A stretch of 64,000 nucleotides of DNA, taken from contig JALMLS010000309.1 in assembly GCA_038496445.1 (NCBI GenBank), positions 248,001 through 312,000 on the forward strand, in the 5' to 3' direction. Shown piece by piece: positions 63,132-64,000 of this stretch. Within the stretch, counting starts at the first letter, position 1. Every line of letters starts with the position of its first letter. Below the pieces are notes generated by a model. It was not told the origin of the DNA, made no database searches, and saw nothing but the letters and a program-made list of their open reading frames with translations. Position numbers and translations under genes: made by a program. The stretch comes from Trichosphaerium sp. ATCC 40318 (taxonomy: Eukaryota > Protista > Tubulinea).

Positions 63132-63879
63132 ATGTACTATGTAGCTATTCCAGTTGTACTTGCTGTAATTGCATACGTTGTGAGCGTATTTACAAGGTGC
63201 GTGTGGATTCACAGTTGCAACAGTACACATTAAACAGTTGAATAACCGAAAAAAGATCAATAGATAAACCAAACAGTTCACAGCAACCAACACGCAGTAC
63301 AAAGGAACCAACACCTAGCTCTGAAGTTGGTGAGGCGAAAGAAGTAGTTCAACAGGCAGATACAGCAACTACACCAGTTGTAAGAACAACACCTCCACCC
63401 AACAAACCTACGGCAGCACAGACACCTGCGCCAGAATCGGATAGCCTGTCACAAGTAAGAGGCCTTGTCAATACCACAAATAGCTAATTGTTACAGTTCT
63501 TGGATTCAACAGAAGCACCTAAGCAACTGTCATCGCCCAGAAGACCCAAGAAACCAAGCAGGAAGGCAACTGTAAAGGTACGTCAGAACATGGCCACGGT
63601 GGTTTTTGACAGCCATGTGACAGTTCCCATACAAACAAATTGAGGCCGAGCCTATGCCGGACCGTAACACCCGAACAATACAGCACGAAGATGAGGAGGA
63701 GTATACTGCTCTTACTAGAAGAGTACAAGCAGCAAAACAAAGTGGGTCAGCACAGGCATGTCAATCCCATAACGCTTCTTGTACATTACTAACATGTACC
63801 CCACAAGGCAATGATGGCCAATGCGATGCTCGCTGGGTTGAGATCACGTGGTGGTCGCAAAGGAAAACAAGACCAGTAA
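63132..63879 (+). CDS. Small protein with N-terminal signal anchor and P/T/S-rich body, unknown function
   Basis: MYYVAIPVVLAVIAYVVSVF followed by GT-AG-separated exons (SIDKPNSSQQPT...; FLDSTEAPKQ...; AMMANAMLAGLRSRGGRKGKQDQ*). Internal 3' splicing is uncertain. Confidence 0.5.
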
Positions 63880-64000
63880 TGTACCATGACATTAGCATAA
63901 AAAAGAAGGTGGTCATTACTGAAATGTTTAATTTAATTTTTCTTCTTTTTTTATTCGCCGTTAGACACTTTCACAACCTGCGTACACCTTTAACGCTGTC

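Noticed and set aside
63003-63314. Suspected assembly junction or ORF 63105-63314
   Set aside because: Both flanking genes have plausible ATG starts (63002 on -, 63132 on +) once short introns are allowed; the ORF is an antisense shadow.
1-64000. Alternative genetic code or stop-codon readthrough to explain fragmented ORFs
   Set aside because: Conserved proteins (RPB2, PDX1, kinesin) are restored by short GT/GC-AG introns under the standard code.

Overview
Gene-dense, intron-rich eukaryotic DNA, most likely an amoebozoan protist (CudA-family transcription factor, Dictyostelium-like G-gamma, TRE-like LINE fragment). It uses the standard code, introns are mostly about 30-60 nt with frequent GC-AG donors, and intergenic spacers are often only 100-250 bp. 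The ORF track shows only exon fragments, so I reassembled about 26 genes by reading through splice sites by eye: MscS-like channel, G-gamma, a PX-PH-IRE/Greatwall-type kinase, glutaminyl cyclase, GT49, an alpha/beta hydrolase, calpain, KBL/GCAT, an ankyrin protein, RPB2, ERF4/GOLGA7, CudA-like, GUCD1-like, a Tudor-like protein, LSD1/LDL-like, PDX1/PDX2, kinesin-14 and others. A CpG-depleted transposon island at about 37.5-40.7 kb holds a MITE and a LINE 3' end. Best candidates for undescribed biology: (1) a head-to-head paralog pair of ~72-aa 'DWY' tandem-repeat proteins, each ending in a PD-(D/E)XK/RAP-like nuclease fold; (2) a TRIP4/Rqt4 (ASC-1) protein in which an intact AlkB dioxygenase replaces the ASCH domain; (3) other unusual architectures: a PX-PH Greatwall-type kinase, a stand-alone Atg11/FIP200 Claw-like domain, and a beta-barrel fused to LSD1. 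Gene boundaries are manual splice predictions, family calls come from motif recognition, and no database searches were run.
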